A DNA stretch of 64,000 nucleotides from Candidatus Aminicenantes bacterium. Lineage in GTDB: Bacteria > Acidobacteriota > Aminicenantia > Aminicenantales > JAFGBC01. The notes under the pieces were generated by a model that saw only the letters and a program-made list of their open reading frames with translations, had not been told where the DNA came from and ran no database searches. A program made the translations under genes and the position numbers. The stretch is from the NCBI GenBank assembly GCA_963702005.1, contig OY969696.1, positions 3,744,001 to 3,808,000 of the forward strand, read 5' to 3'. Shown here piece after piece: positions 18,677-28,401 of this stretch (its first letter is position 1; each line of letters starts with the position of its first letter).

Positions 18677-21400
18677 TCATCGAATTTCGGAGGGGAAGGG
18701 GCCGAAGGTCCAGCCTTGGCGGCCCTTGATGACGGCTTTTTTGCTGAGCGTCTTTCCGCCCGCCTCGACCGTCACCACATACTCCCCGGGCGGGACCATC
18801 GCCGGCTCCTCGAAGAACCGGCGCGCTGGTTTGCCCGGCTCCTTGGGCTGCATGTCCCAGAGCGCCGTGTTGAGGCCCGCCTCGCCCGGCCCCTCGATCT
18901 CGGCCACGACCTTGCCGTAGGGATCGGCTATCTTGAGCTTGAGCGGAGCGACCGCCTTCGTCTTGAGCCAATAATTAACGACGACGGCGTTGGGCTCGTT
19001 GGGCGTGATTAGGTGACTGTCGCCCAGAAGCTGATAATTCCCGATGACCGTGTACACCCGCTCCATCCGAGGCTCGATGTCGAAGAGATAGGCGTCCTCC
19101 GCCGCGATCCCGTCATTCCATTCCTGTAGGACGGTGATGTCGGTTACCCAGACGCCGCGGCCGTAGCTGGCCACGACGAGGTCGTTCTCGCGCGGATGAA
19201 TGAGGAGGTCCGTGATCTTGACCCAGGGCATGTTGGCCTTGAAGGGCATCCAGTTCTTGCCGCCGTCGAGCGAGAGATAGAGGCCCCACTCGGTCCCGGC
19301 GAACAACAGGCTTGCGTTTTTCCGGTCCTGGATGACGACGTTAACGGGCTTGCCGTCTGGCAGGTTCCCCATGATCTGCGTCCAGGTCTCCCCGTAATCC
19401 GACGTCTTGTAGAGGCAGGGCTTGTATTCGTCCAAGCGCCAGCCGGTCTTGGATACGAAGCACGTCCCGGCGTCGTGGGGCGAGGGGAAGACGCGGGTCA
19501 CCCAATAGTTGGCGGGCGCGCCGGCCGCGGCCAGCTTGGCCGTCCGGTCGAGCCAGGCCGCCCCGCCGTTCATCGTCACCTGGACCTTGCCGTCGTCCGA
19601 ACCCGTCCAGATGACGCCCGGCTTGACGGGCGACTCGGCCAGCGTCGTCAACGTGCAGAACGAAATGAACCCTTCACCGTGCTGCTTGGTATCGTCGTTC
19701 GTGGTCAGGTCGGGGCTGATCTCCTGCCAATGGTCGCCCCGGTCGAGCGAGCGGAAAAGGACCTGGGCGCCGGTGTAGACGATGGCCGGGTTGTGGGGCG
19801 AGAGGGCGATCGGCGGAGTCCAATTGAAACGGAGCGGCTTCTCCCCCGCCGGCCGCTGCGGCATGATCCCGGTCTGGACGCCCAGCTTCTGGTCGAGCCG
19901 CCACATCGCGCCCATCTCCCGGTTATTGTAGACCCAGCGCGAGTCGGACGGGTCGATGCGGTTGTACATGCCGTCGCCGCCTCCGACCGTGACCCAGTCG
20001 GCGGCCGAAATTTCGCCCGCCCAGCCGTTCGAGGGTCCTTTCCAGGAGTCGTGATCCTGGAGCCCGCCGTAGATGTTGTAAGGATCTTCCATATCCACGC
20101 CGACGGCGTAGAACTCGGTCAGCGGAATGTTGTACCAGTGGTGGCAGGTCTTGCCCCGGTCATAGGAGACATAGGCGCCGCCGTCGCTCCCAAAAATGAG
20201 GCGGTCCCGGTCCTGGGAGTCGATCCACATCGTCCGCCAGTCGCCGAAAGCCTTCTCGAAGACCCCGTTCGACGGCCAGCTCAGTCCCTGCCAGGTCTTG
20301 CCGCCGTCCGCGGTCGAGGCCATGGATTGCCCGGTGATGTAAACGGTATCGGGATCGAACTGGTCCAGGCGAAGCATGTTGAACGAGTAAGGCGCCTTGT
20401 TGAGGGCCCCCTCGGAGCCGGCGTTGATCTTGCGCCAGGACGCCCCGCCGTCATCGCTGCGGTAGACTTCGTTGCCGACCGTGCGCTTGGGGGGCGTTCC
20501 GCCGCGCCGCTTGTCCTGCTCGGTTTCCTGGGCCGTAGCCGGCCGCGGATTGCCGTTTTCGACGACGGCGCACAGGATCGAGGGATTTTTCTGGAAGACG
20601 TCGAGCCCGATCCGTCCGATCCGGCCGGTCGGGAGGCCGCCGCCGAGTTTCGTCCAGGTCGCGCCGGCGTCCACGGTCTTGTAGATCGCGCTCCCGGGCC
20701 CGCCCAGCTCGTAATGCCAGGGCAGGCGGAGCTTGTCGTACATGGCCGCGTAGAGGATGTCGGGCGTAGAGCGGACGAGCATGATGTCGACGGCTCCGAC
20801 CTTGTCGCTGACATAAAGAATCTTAGCCCAGGTTTTGCCGCCGTCGGTCGTCTTGAAGACTCCGCGCTCGGCGTTGGGCGAGAACAGATGCCCCATGGCC
20901 GCGACATAGACGATGTCGGGGTTCGCGGGGTGGATCATGATCCGCGCGATGTGATGGGAGTCAACCAGTCCCATGTTAGTCCAGGTTTTTCCCGCGTCGC
21001 TGGATTTCCAGATCCCGTCCCCGGAGTTCGAGGAGCGGGCGCAGTGGGCCTCGCCCGTCCCGACCCAAACGATGTTCGCGTCGGAGGGCGCGACGGCCAC
21101 GTCGCCGATCGAAAGCTTGGGTTGGGCGTCGAAGACGGGCGCGAAGGTGACGCCGTTGTTGGTCGTCTTCCAGACGCCGCCGTTCCGGGTCCCGACGTAG
21201 ATGGTGTAGAGATGGTCCCGCTGCGGAACCTCGGGGACGGCGATCGCCGTCACCCACGAGCCCGCGCGAAACGGACCAAGGTTGCGGAAGCTGAAGCCCT
21301 TAAGCAGGCTTTCATCGAGCTTGGCCTGCGCCGCGGCGAAGACCGAGGCGATTAAGACGAAGACGACCAGGGCGTAAAGAATTCGAAGGCTTCGATTCAT
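18677..21400 (-). CDS. Secreted BNR/Asp-box (VPS10/sortilin-like) protein, paralog of the downstream gene
   Basis: FRNLGP, repeated Asp-boxes, RFNWTPPI, ISPDLT; AAGGAGG RBS. Confidence 0.9.
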   Translation of the reverse strand: MNRSLRILYALVVFVLIASVFAAAQAKLDESLLKGFSFRNLGPFRAGSWVTAIAVPEVPQRDHLYTIYVGTRNGGVWKTTNNGVTFAPVFDAQPKLSIGDVAVAPSDANIVWVGTGEAHCARSSNSGDGIWKSSDAGKTWTNMGLVDSHHIARIMIHPANPDIVYVAAMGHLFSPNAERGVFKTTDGGKTWAKILYVSDKVGAVDIMLVRSTPDILYAAMYDKLRLPWHYELGGPGSAIYKTVDAGATWTKLGGGLPTGRIGRIGLDVFQKNPSILCAVVENGNPRPATAQETEQDKRRGGTPPKRTVGNEVYRSDDGGASWRKINAGSEGALNKAPYSFNMLRLDQFDPDTVYITGQSMASTADGGKTWQGLSWPSNGVFEKAFGDWRTMWIDSQDRDRLIFGSDGGAYVSYDRGKTCHHWYNIPLTEFYAVGVDMEDPYNIYGGLQDHDSWKGPSNGWAGEISAADWVTVGGGDGMYNRIDPSDSRWVYNNREMGAMWRLDQKLGVQTGIMPQRPAGEKPLRFNWTPPIALSPHNPAIVYTGAQVLFRSLDRGDHWQEISPDLTTNDDTKQHGEGFISFCTLTTLAESPVKPGVIWTGSDDGKVQVTMNGGAAWLDRTAKLAAAGAPANYWVTRVFPSPHDAGTCFVSKTGWRLDEYKPCLYKTSDYGETWTQIMGNLPDGKPVNVVIQDRKNASLLFAGTEWGLYLSLDGGKNWMPFKANMPWVKITDLLIHPRENDLVVASYGRGVWVTDITVLQEWNDGIAAEDAYLFDIEPRMERVYTVIGNYQLLGDSHLITPNEPNAVVVNYWLKTKAVAPLKLKIADPYGKVVAEIEGPGEAGLNTALWDMQPKEPGKPARRFFEEPAMVPPGEYVVTVEAGGKTLSKKAVIKGRQGWTFGPFPSEIR

Positions 21401-21562
21401 TTCGATTCCTCCTTATGAAATGGAAACGACAAATGTATGCAATGGGAACGCGCCGCGCGATCTGCGGACGCAAAAAGGATCGTAGCCGAAGAGAAGATCG
21501 GAATAAAGAACGCCGGCGAGAAGAGAGTTACCGTCCATAAGCCGGCTCATGAATTGAAGATA

Positions 21563-21574
21563 GTGATATATCAC
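21563..21574. promoter_or_regulatory. Palindromic operator candidate GTGATATATCAC
   Basis: Perfect 12-bp palindrome upstream of the BNR genes; related GATATAT motifs at 4573-4588 and 56154-56163. Confidence 0.45.
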
Positions 21575-21681
21575 ATATCACCTCTTCGAATCAATGCCTG
21601 ACAAAATTAATTAATAGTAACGCCATTCTTTTGCCCGCTATATCAAAGCCGATCGTAGATGAAGAGGCGGAGAAATTCGGT

Positions 21682-21703
21682 AAATAGATGTCTGTCACCA
21701 ATT
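21682..21703. repeat. Half copy of family B element
   Basis: aaatagatgtctgtcaccaatt versus aaattggtgtctgtcaccattt; followed by duplication ccaattattc x2. Confidence 0.7.
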
Positions 21704-21737
21704 ATTCGCCAATTATTCTAAAGGAATATTCGTACGG

Positions 21738-21968
21738 TCAATGGGGACGGAACTCCTCGCCGATGCCGTCCACGAACAGCTCGACCCGGCCGCAGCGCGG
21801 GCAGACATAAATATCGAAGTGCTCGCGGTGGGTGAACAGCTCGCCCAGATCGCCCAACCAAAATCCCCAGCCGCGGCTCCCTTCGTGGAATTTCTTGGTC
21901 CCGACATACTTGAGTTCCTGGTCGCAACGCGGGCAGATCATCGGATGCTGAGCCTGTTTTTCGGCCAT
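21738..21968 (-). CDS. Small zinc-ribbon protein
   Basis: CPRC...CPRCGRVELF; AAGGAG RBS. Confidence 0.75.
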   Translation of the reverse strand: MAEKQAQHPMICPRCDQELKYVGTKKFHEGSRGWGFWLGDLGELFTHREHFDIYVCPRCGRVELFVDGIGEEFRPH

Positions 21969-22068
21969 TTTCGTTTCTCCTTCCCTGATTCGTAATACGG
22001 AGACCGCGCGCGTCGGTTATGGGCTTGATCCTTCGCAAGAGGACGCATTCTTTTATATAATAACTTTT

Positions 22069-23940
22069 ATGAGCGCTTTGAAGGCGACAGGCACAAGGGC
22101 ATTCAGGGAAGCCTTCGCCGCTGCGCTCGCCGTGATTCTCCTCGGGACCGTCCCGAACCCGTCGCACCGCGCCAGCGACCCCTTCCGCCTCCCGCTTGCG
22201 CCAGCTTCGACCATCATCGAGGACTTCGAATCCGGGGACGCGGCCTCCCGCTGGAAGTTCTCCAACGGGCCCGAATTTCCGGGCGCTAAAGGCTCCTTCC
22301 GGATCCTGGCCGGGAAAGGGAGGAAGGGATCGAAAGGCGGCGTCCTGTCCTTCGATTTCCGCGGGGGGGGCAACTACGTCGCGGCCGTCCGCTCATTCTC
22401 GCCCGCGCTCGGCCATAAGGGCGTCCGTTTCCAGGTCGCGGGCTGGGTCCCGGGGACGCGCATAGTCGCCCGGCTGACCGACGAGACGGGCCAGACTTTC
22501 CAGAAGGGACTTCCCATCAGCAACGAAACGGTCCAAGGCTGGCTGACCTATACGGTCATGGCCGGCGAGTATGAAGTTTATTGGGGCGGGGCCGAGGACG
22601 GCGTTTTCCACGGCGGCATCGCGGCCCTGGCGCTCCTCGTCGACAAGGACCTCAATTACTATAAGACCGGCTCAATCGCCTTCGACGACGTCGAGGGGGT
22701 CGTCTCGGCCCGGACGGTCACAGACCCGTTCGGCACGGACGCCCTTCCCGCTTTCAGCAAGGGCAAGCTTGAGGACCGCCTCGGCGTCAACATCCACGAC
22801 TGGGGCGGCTGGGCCTTCCTCGACAAGGCCCGGGAGGCCGGCTTCGGGTTCGTCCGGATGGACATGATCTGGTGCTTCCGGGAGCCGACGCGCGGCGTCT
22901 ATGACTTCGACTGGCACGACGCCCTCCTCCGCGAGCTGGCGGCCCGGGGGATGCGGGCTTATCTCATTCTCGACTATGGGAACCTCCTCTACTACGACGG
23001 CCCGGGCGCCTACGACGACCACTGGGGCCTCGCGACGCCGGCCTATCGCTCCGCCTTCGCCCGTTTCGCCGCGGCCGCCGCGCGCCGTTTCAACGGCAAG
23101 AACGTCACCTTCGAGGTCTGGAACGAGCCGAATATCCCGAACTTCTGGAGGCCTCAGCCCAACGCGAAGAACTACAACCTCCTGGCGAGGGCGGCCTTGA
23201 ACGCGGTCCGCGGCGCCGCGCCCGACATCCCTGTCGTCGTCGGGGCGACGAGCGGGGTTGATGTCGCCTTCATCGATAAGGTCCTTTCCAACGGCGGGCT
23301 CAATAACGTCGACGCCGTCAGCATCCACCCCTACCGCGGAGCCGCACCTGAAACCTTTTACCGGGAATCGGCGATCGTCGAGAGAGTGGTAGCCGAGCGG
23401 ACGAAGCGGGGGGACATCCCGCTCTACAACGCGGAATGGGGATACACCTCGACGTCCTTCGGCGGACGGACCCCGGCCGCTTACAAGCGGCAGGCCCTCT
23501 ACTGCATCAGGCTCATCCTCGCCAACCTGCTGCGCCGCGTCCCCAGGACCGTCTGGTACGACCTCGTCGACGACGGCGACGATCCCAAGAACGTTGAGCA
23601 CAACTTCGGCTTGCTGAAACGGCGCTCCCTGGCGCCCAAGCCCGCCTACGAAGCGGTCAAGGCCTTCCGCGACCTGTGGCCTTCGGGCGCCCCGGCGCTC
23701 GGGACCTTCGACACACGGCGGGCCGACGTCTACGGACTCTTGGTGTCGGGCGGCCCATTGAAGCTGGCCGCCGTCTGGACGGACCGTCCGGATACGGTTC
23801 TTTCGATCGAGGTCCCCGAACGGACGGGCCAGAAATTTTTCGATATGTACGGGAAGCCCATGACACCGCCCCGGTCGGGCCGCAACCGGATCCTGAAGCT
23901 CCGCGAACAGGACGGCCCGATCTACATCAAGCTCAATTAA
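22069..23940 (+). CDS. Clan GH-A glycoside hydrolase (GH5/GH39-like) with N-terminal beta-sandwich
   Basis: FEVWNEPN acid/base, SIHPY, NAEWGY nucleophile, HNFGL. Confidence 0.8.
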   Translation: MSALKATGTRAFREAFAAALAVILLGTVPNPSHRASDPFRLPLAPASTIIEDFESGDAASRWKFSNGPEFPGAKGSFRILAGKGRKGSKGGVLSFDFRGGGNYVAAVRSFSPALGHKGVRFQVAGWVPGTRIVARLTDETGQTFQKGLPISNETVQGWLTYTVMAGEYEVYWGGAEDGVFHGGIAALALLVDKDLNYYKTGSIAFDDVEGVVSARTVTDPFGTDALPAFSKGKLEDRLGVNIHDWGGWAFLDKAREAGFGFVRMDMIWCFREPTRGVYDFDWHDALLRELAARGMRAYLILDYGNLLYYDGPGAYDDHWGLATPAYRSAFARFAAAAARRFNGKNVTFEVWNEPNIPNFWRPQPNAKNYNLLARAALNAVRGAAPDIPVVVGATSGVDVAFIDKVLSNGGLNNVDAVSIHPYRGAAPETFYRESAIVERVVAERTKRGDIPLYNAEWGYTSTSFGGRTPAAYKRQALYCIRLILANLLRRVPRTVWYDLVDDGDDPKNVEHNFGLLKRRSLAPKPAYEAVKAFRDLWPSGAPALGTFDTRRADVYGLLVSGGPLKLAAVWTDRPDTVLSIEVPERTGQKFFDMYGKPMTPPRSGRNRILKLREQDGPIYIKLN

Positions 23941-24123
23941 ACTGCCTGCAGCCCGAGGGCGGCGCGGAGGAGTCCGCGCTCGCGGCAGATGTTGACAGGG
24001 CTGCCCGTCCGGCGCTAAAGTAACGGCAGGGTGAGGAGGGAAGAGGCAACGCCGGGGGGCGAATTTATCGCGTTCCGGAAAAAGCCATATCCTATGATGA
24101 AAAACTCTTTATAGGGGTCCATC

Positions 24124-26355
24124 ATGAAAATCTCCTTTTCAAAAGAAAATCGGTTACCGCGGCCGGCGAGAATAGTCCTCGGTCTCCTGCTCATGATAGC
24201 GGCCTTCTGGCCGGCCGGGGCCCAACAGCCGTCCTCTTCTCCGCTCGGGCCGCTCAGCCCTCGAACAGGCCTGCTGCTCAAGGACGGCATAATCCTGCGG
24301 TTCATCCAGGCCAGCTCCGGCGACCTGGCCTTCGATTCCGTATCGCACCTTGCCCTCTGGCATCGCCTCCAGATTTCAGAGAGCTACACCCGCGCAGCGG
24401 AATGGGTCAGCCAGAAAGCCCGGGATATCGGGCTTGAGCAAGTCGGTATTGAGCGCTTTCCCGCCGACGGGACGATTGATTATTTCGGCAACACCATGCC
24501 TCCCCAGTGGAAGGTGAAGAGGGCCGAATTGTGGCTCACTTCGCCGTTTTCCATGAAGCTAACCTCCTATGACGAGCTGCCCCTATCGCTGGCCACGTTC
24601 AGCACGAGCGCGGATGTCGAGGCTGATCTCGTGGACATCGGCGCCGGAACCGCTGATAAAGACTACGCCGCAGGGGTCAAGGGCAAGATCGTCCTCACCA
24701 CTGGCGATGTTCGGCAAGTTTATAATCGCGCCGTCACCAAGGAGGGCGCCGCGGGCATCATCACCTCTTGGTCGGTTCCGGAATTTGACTATCCAAACCG
24801 GAGGCCCGGCGACTTCCCCAATCAAGTGGGATGGCATCGCGTCCCCGGGAAAGACACCAAAGGTCCCGGTCACTTTGCCTTCGGCCTGTCCGCCCGCCGA
24901 GCCCAAGAACTCCAAACCCTCATCAGCCAAGGAAAAGCCGTCCGCGTCCATGTCATGGTCGATGCCGAGCTCGTGCCCGGCAACCTGGAGATCGTCAGCG
25001 GGATTATTCCCGGCTCTCTCTACCCGAATGAAGAAATCGTCGTCACCGCCCATCTGGATCATTACAAGCCGGGGGCGAACGACAACGCTTCCGGAAGCGC
25101 CTCCATCCTAGAGATGGCCCGGACCATGCGCCAGTTGATCGAAAACAAAGAGATGCCGCCGCCGCTCCGCACGATCCGGTTCATGTGGGTCCCGGAATAT
25201 AGCGGAACATATGCCTGGTTTTCGAAACATCTTAACGACCCCGTCAAACGGCTGGCCGACCTCAACTTTGATATGGTCGGTGAGAACGTCATGAAGACCA
25301 ACTCCGTAGTCTCCGCATGTTACTCGTCCGATTCCAATCCCTCGTTCCTGAACGCCGTGATGGAATCGGTCCTGGACTTCGTGAATAGATTCAACGGCGA
25401 CCGCTACCCGTTTCAAGCGGATTTTTATATCGGCTCGCTCGGAGGATCACGCAACCGCGCGGCCTGGCGGATGATCCCCTTCAGCTCGGGCAGCGACCAT
25501 GATCTTTTCAATAGATTAAAGATAGGGTCATCTGCATTGAGCGCCTGGCCGGACGATTTCTACCATTCGAGCGAGGATTCGGTCGACAAGGTCGACCCGA
25601 CGCAGCTTCACCGGGCCGTTGTCCTGGGGACGGCGGCCATGACCTCGCTGGCTTATGCCGACTCCGAACAAGCCCGGGACCTCGCCCGGCTATCTCTTGT
25701 TTATGGCAGGAAACGAATCGCCCAAAGCGAGTTCTCGGCGGCTAATTCGCTGATAAGCGCGACCAAGGATGATTTTGCCGAAGCCGACCGCCTGGCCGGG
25801 AACCTGATGGCGCACGTTTTCAGCCGGGAGCGCGCGGCCATCGGTTCATCCATCATGTTTGCCCGGACGGCCAAAGCGCGAAGCGATGTTCAGGGGGCCG
25901 TGTCCGCGCTTGATGTCGATGAGGCGGCCTCGCGGAAAAAGATTGAGGACGTCGCCAGGCTGAGAGCCGCGGAGCTCAGGGTGACAATGTCGCCCAAGCC
26001 CCTGACAGAAGCGGAGAAGCGGGCAGCGCGGTTCACGCCGGTTTGGAATGCCGGAAAGGAATTATTTTCATTTGAATATGTGAAGCGGATTCTGGCTAAA
26101 GATGCGACGGCCCAGATCCCGAAAATCGAGGCCGCCCTAAACGAAGTCATTCAACGGCTCCGGGATCAAGGGATTAGCGAGCTGACGCTCTACGGATTTC
26201 GGGATGCCGCCGCGCTATACGTCGACGGAAAATACTCCATCTTAGATATCCGCGACGCGCTGGCCGCAGAGTACACGTCGATAGCCCTCGAGGCGCTGGA
26301 ACTCTATTTCAGGGCGTTTGAGAAAGCCGAGTTGATGAAAATTCTGGAGAAATAA
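24124..26355 (+). CDS. M28-family Zn aminopeptidase with PA insert (DUF4910-like)
   Basis: AHLDH, GANDNASGS, WVPE, NFDMVG, GSDH, YHSSED. Confidence 0.88.
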   Translation: MKISFSKENRLPRPARIVLGLLLMIAAFWPAGAQQPSSSPLGPLSPRTGLLLKDGIILRFIQASSGDLAFDSVSHLALWHRLQISESYTRAAEWVSQKARDIGLEQVGIERFPADGTIDYFGNTMPPQWKVKRAELWLTSPFSMKLTSYDELPLSLATFSTSADVEADLVDIGAGTADKDYAAGVKGKIVLTTGDVRQVYNRAVTKEGAAGIITSWSVPEFDYPNRRPGDFPNQVGWHRVPGKDTKGPGHFAFGLSARRAQELQTLISQGKAVRVHVMVDAELVPGNLEIVSGIIPGSLYPNEEIVVTAHLDHYKPGANDNASGSASILEMARTMRQLIENKEMPPPLRTIRFMWVPEYSGTYAWFSKHLNDPVKRLADLNFDMVGENVMKTNSVVSACYSSDSNPSFLNAVMESVLDFVNRFNGDRYPFQADFYIGSLGGSRNRAAWRMIPFSSGSDHDLFNRLKIGSSALSAWPDDFYHSSEDSVDKVDPTQLHRAVVLGTAAMTSLAYADSEQARDLARLSLVYGRKRIAQSEFSAANSLISATKDDFAEADRLAGNLMAHVFSRERAAIGSSIMFARTAKARSDVQGAVSALDVDEAASRKKIEDVARLRAAELRVTMSPKPLTEAEKRAARFTPVWNAGKELFSFEYVKRILAKDATAQIPKIEAALNEVIQRLRDQGISELTLYGFRDAAALYVDGKYSILDIRDALAAEYTSIALEALELYFRAFEKAELMKILEK

Positions 26356-26363
26356 AAGCCGGC

Positions 26364-28385
26364 CTAACCGACTCTTTGCTTGATGCCGAAGTAGACCAGG
26401 CGGAGGACGATGATCAGGACGAGGCCGATGATGATCAGGATGCCCACGACCAGGACGAGCTTGGCCGAGTCCCCTTTTTCGGAAATGACCGGAAGCTGGA
26501 TGTAGGAGGCCCGCTCCCCGCCCCGGAAAACCGTGATCCGCGGGGGCGGCGCGAGCTCGGGGGTCAGGAACGAGGTTTGGTCGGCGCAGGTCAGGGCGAC
26601 CCTGATCCTATGTCCCCGGTCGAAGACGTTCGAGGTCGGGAGGAGGTCGAAGACAAGCTCGGCGGGCTCGCCCGGAACGAGCGGCTCGACGTCCTCCTTG
26701 AAGCCGCGGTGGTAGGGCAATCCGAAATTCTCGAAGGGGGACGAATCGAGCTTGCGGTGGGAGGCGCGGAGCACGCCCTCGGTCAGGTACTGGGAATAAC
26801 CGGTCTCGTCGACCTCCTCGAGATAGGCGAAAAAGTCGCCGTCGTCGGCCGTCGAGCCGATCCAGAGGTGGACGACGGGATGGCCGGTAACCTCGAGGGC
26901 GGCTTTTAACGGCTCGGTCGTATAGGTCAAGGCCTTGGCGTCGTTCGCCCGCATGTCGGGGTAGTTGAAGTCGCCGCCGCGGCCGTTCGTCCATCGCGTC
27001 GTTTTCCCGGTCGAGGTCCGGTAATCGACCGTGATGTCATCCTTGGCGCCGGCTTCCGGGGCGGGAGGAACGATCGCGGCCAGGAGGCCGTCGTTCGCGG
27101 ACTTGGAGCTCCCGGACCGGCCGCCTCGGAAGTAATACATGAGGGAGGTCGCCTCGGGGAGCGGCCAGCGCGCGGCCGTCCGCCAAGCCTGGTCCTTGGG
27201 GGCTCCCATCGTGTAGTAGATGATGGGCGGCTCGTCCATGACGCCGTTGTCGATCCCCTTGAGCCAGTAGTCGTACCAGCGAAGGATTTCAGCGCTATAG
27301 TCGAAGGGCGCTTCGGTCCCGGTCAGCCGGCGCAAAGCGTCCTTCCAGCCTTTACGGGAGTCGTGGCCGTGGGACCAGGGCGTAAGGAGGATTTTCTTCG
27401 GCCCGGGCAGGTTCGCGAACCAGACCAGGGAATCGCGGGGCCATATGTCGAACCAGCCGCCGACGACGTAGACGGCCGTCCTCGAGTTATTGGCCTGAAA
27501 ACCCTTAAGGAAGGACGATGGGCCTCCCTCGAGATAGGGCGCGGCGCCCGTGACCGGATCGAGGCCGTCCCGGAACGGGACCTGGCTTTCATCGGGGTAA
27601 CGGTTCGCCTTGTGCTCGGCGCGCGCTTGGGCGAGGAGGACGCCCTGGGGATCGTCGTCGACGGGAGGCGGCGGAACCGTTAGGTCGAGCATCCGAGTCA
27701 GCTGGCTCCAGCCGGCCAGGAAATCATCCTGGCAGACGCCGCCCGGGAAAACGAAGGAATAGAGGTCGAACATGGCCATGTCGGGCATGACGGCCGTAAG
27801 GTGGGGCGGCGCCTGGGAGGCGGCCAGGTATTGAGTGATACCCAAGTAGGAAATCCCGTACATCCCGATTTTCCCGGTGCACCAGGGCTGGGCGGCAAAC
27901 CACTCGGTGAGGTCGTAGGCGTCACGGGCTTCCTGGGGAGTGAAGGATCCGAGCGAGGCCCCGAACGAGGCGCCCGTGCCGCGGACATCGACCGAGGCGA
28001 AAATATAGCCGTGCTTGAGGACGGGTTGGAGCCAAGGCATCTGATCGAGGACGGTCATGACCTTGCCGCCGGGGAGGAGCGCGGCCCGATGGTAACGATT
28101 GAAAGTCCACAAGAGCGGGAGGGGCGTGGAAGCGGGCTGGGAAGCCAGGGCCGGGAAAATGATGTCGGCGGCCAGCCGGGTCCCGTCCCGCATGGAAATA
28201 TAGCGCGAGGTCCGGACCCACGAGTCGAAGAGGCGCTTCGAATAGCCCGTGTAGTATCCGGGCTTGGAGACCTTGGCGCCGGGCGGCAGGTCCTTGAAGC
28301 CCGGTTTGAGGGCGGCCTCGTCCTGGGCGAGGGCGGCCGCGGCGATGATGAGGAAGATAAGGATCAATCCCGCTCGCTTCGTCAT
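26364..28385 (-). CDS. CocE/NonD family hydrolase with C-terminal membrane anchor
   Basis: MRDGTRLA, DVRGTGAS, GISYLG, GGWFD, PWSH; hydrophobic C-terminal helix followed by KQR. Confidence 0.9.
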   Translation of the reverse strand: MTKRAGLILIFLIIAAAALAQDEAALKPGFKDLPPGAKVSKPGYYTGYSKRLFDSWVRTSRYISMRDGTRLAADIIFPALASQPASTPLPLLWTFNRYHRAALLPGGKVMTVLDQMPWLQPVLKHGYIFASVDVRGTGASFGASLGSFTPQEARDAYDLTEWFAAQPWCTGKIGMYGISYLGITQYLAASQAPPHLTAVMPDMAMFDLYSFVFPGGVCQDDFLAGWSQLTRMLDLTVPPPPVDDDPQGVLLAQARAEHKANRYPDESQVPFRDGLDPVTGAAPYLEGGPSSFLKGFQANNSRTAVYVVGGWFDIWPRDSLVWFANLPGPKKILLTPWSHGHDSRKGWKDALRRLTGTEAPFDYSAEILRWYDYWLKGIDNGVMDEPPIIYYTMGAPKDQAWRTAARWPLPEATSLMYYFRGGRSGSSKSANDGLLAAIVPPAPEAGAKDDITVDYRTSTGKTTRWTNGRGGDFNYPDMRANDAKALTYTTEPLKAALEVTGHPVVHLWIGSTADDGDFFAYLEEVDETGYSQYLTEGVLRASHRKLDSSPFENFGLPYHRGFKEDVEPLVPGEPAELVFDLLPTSNVFDRGHRIRVALTCADQTSFLTPELAPPPRITVFRGGERASYIQLPVISEKGDSAKLVLVVGILIIIGLVLIIVLRLVYFGIKQRVG

Positions 28386-28401
28386 GAGTGTCCTCCTCCG
28401 A

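Noticed and set aside
21413-21550. 45-codon minus-strand ORF or riboswitch upstream of the BNR genes
   Set aside because: No RBS, no recognisable motif or known riboswitch consensus by eye.
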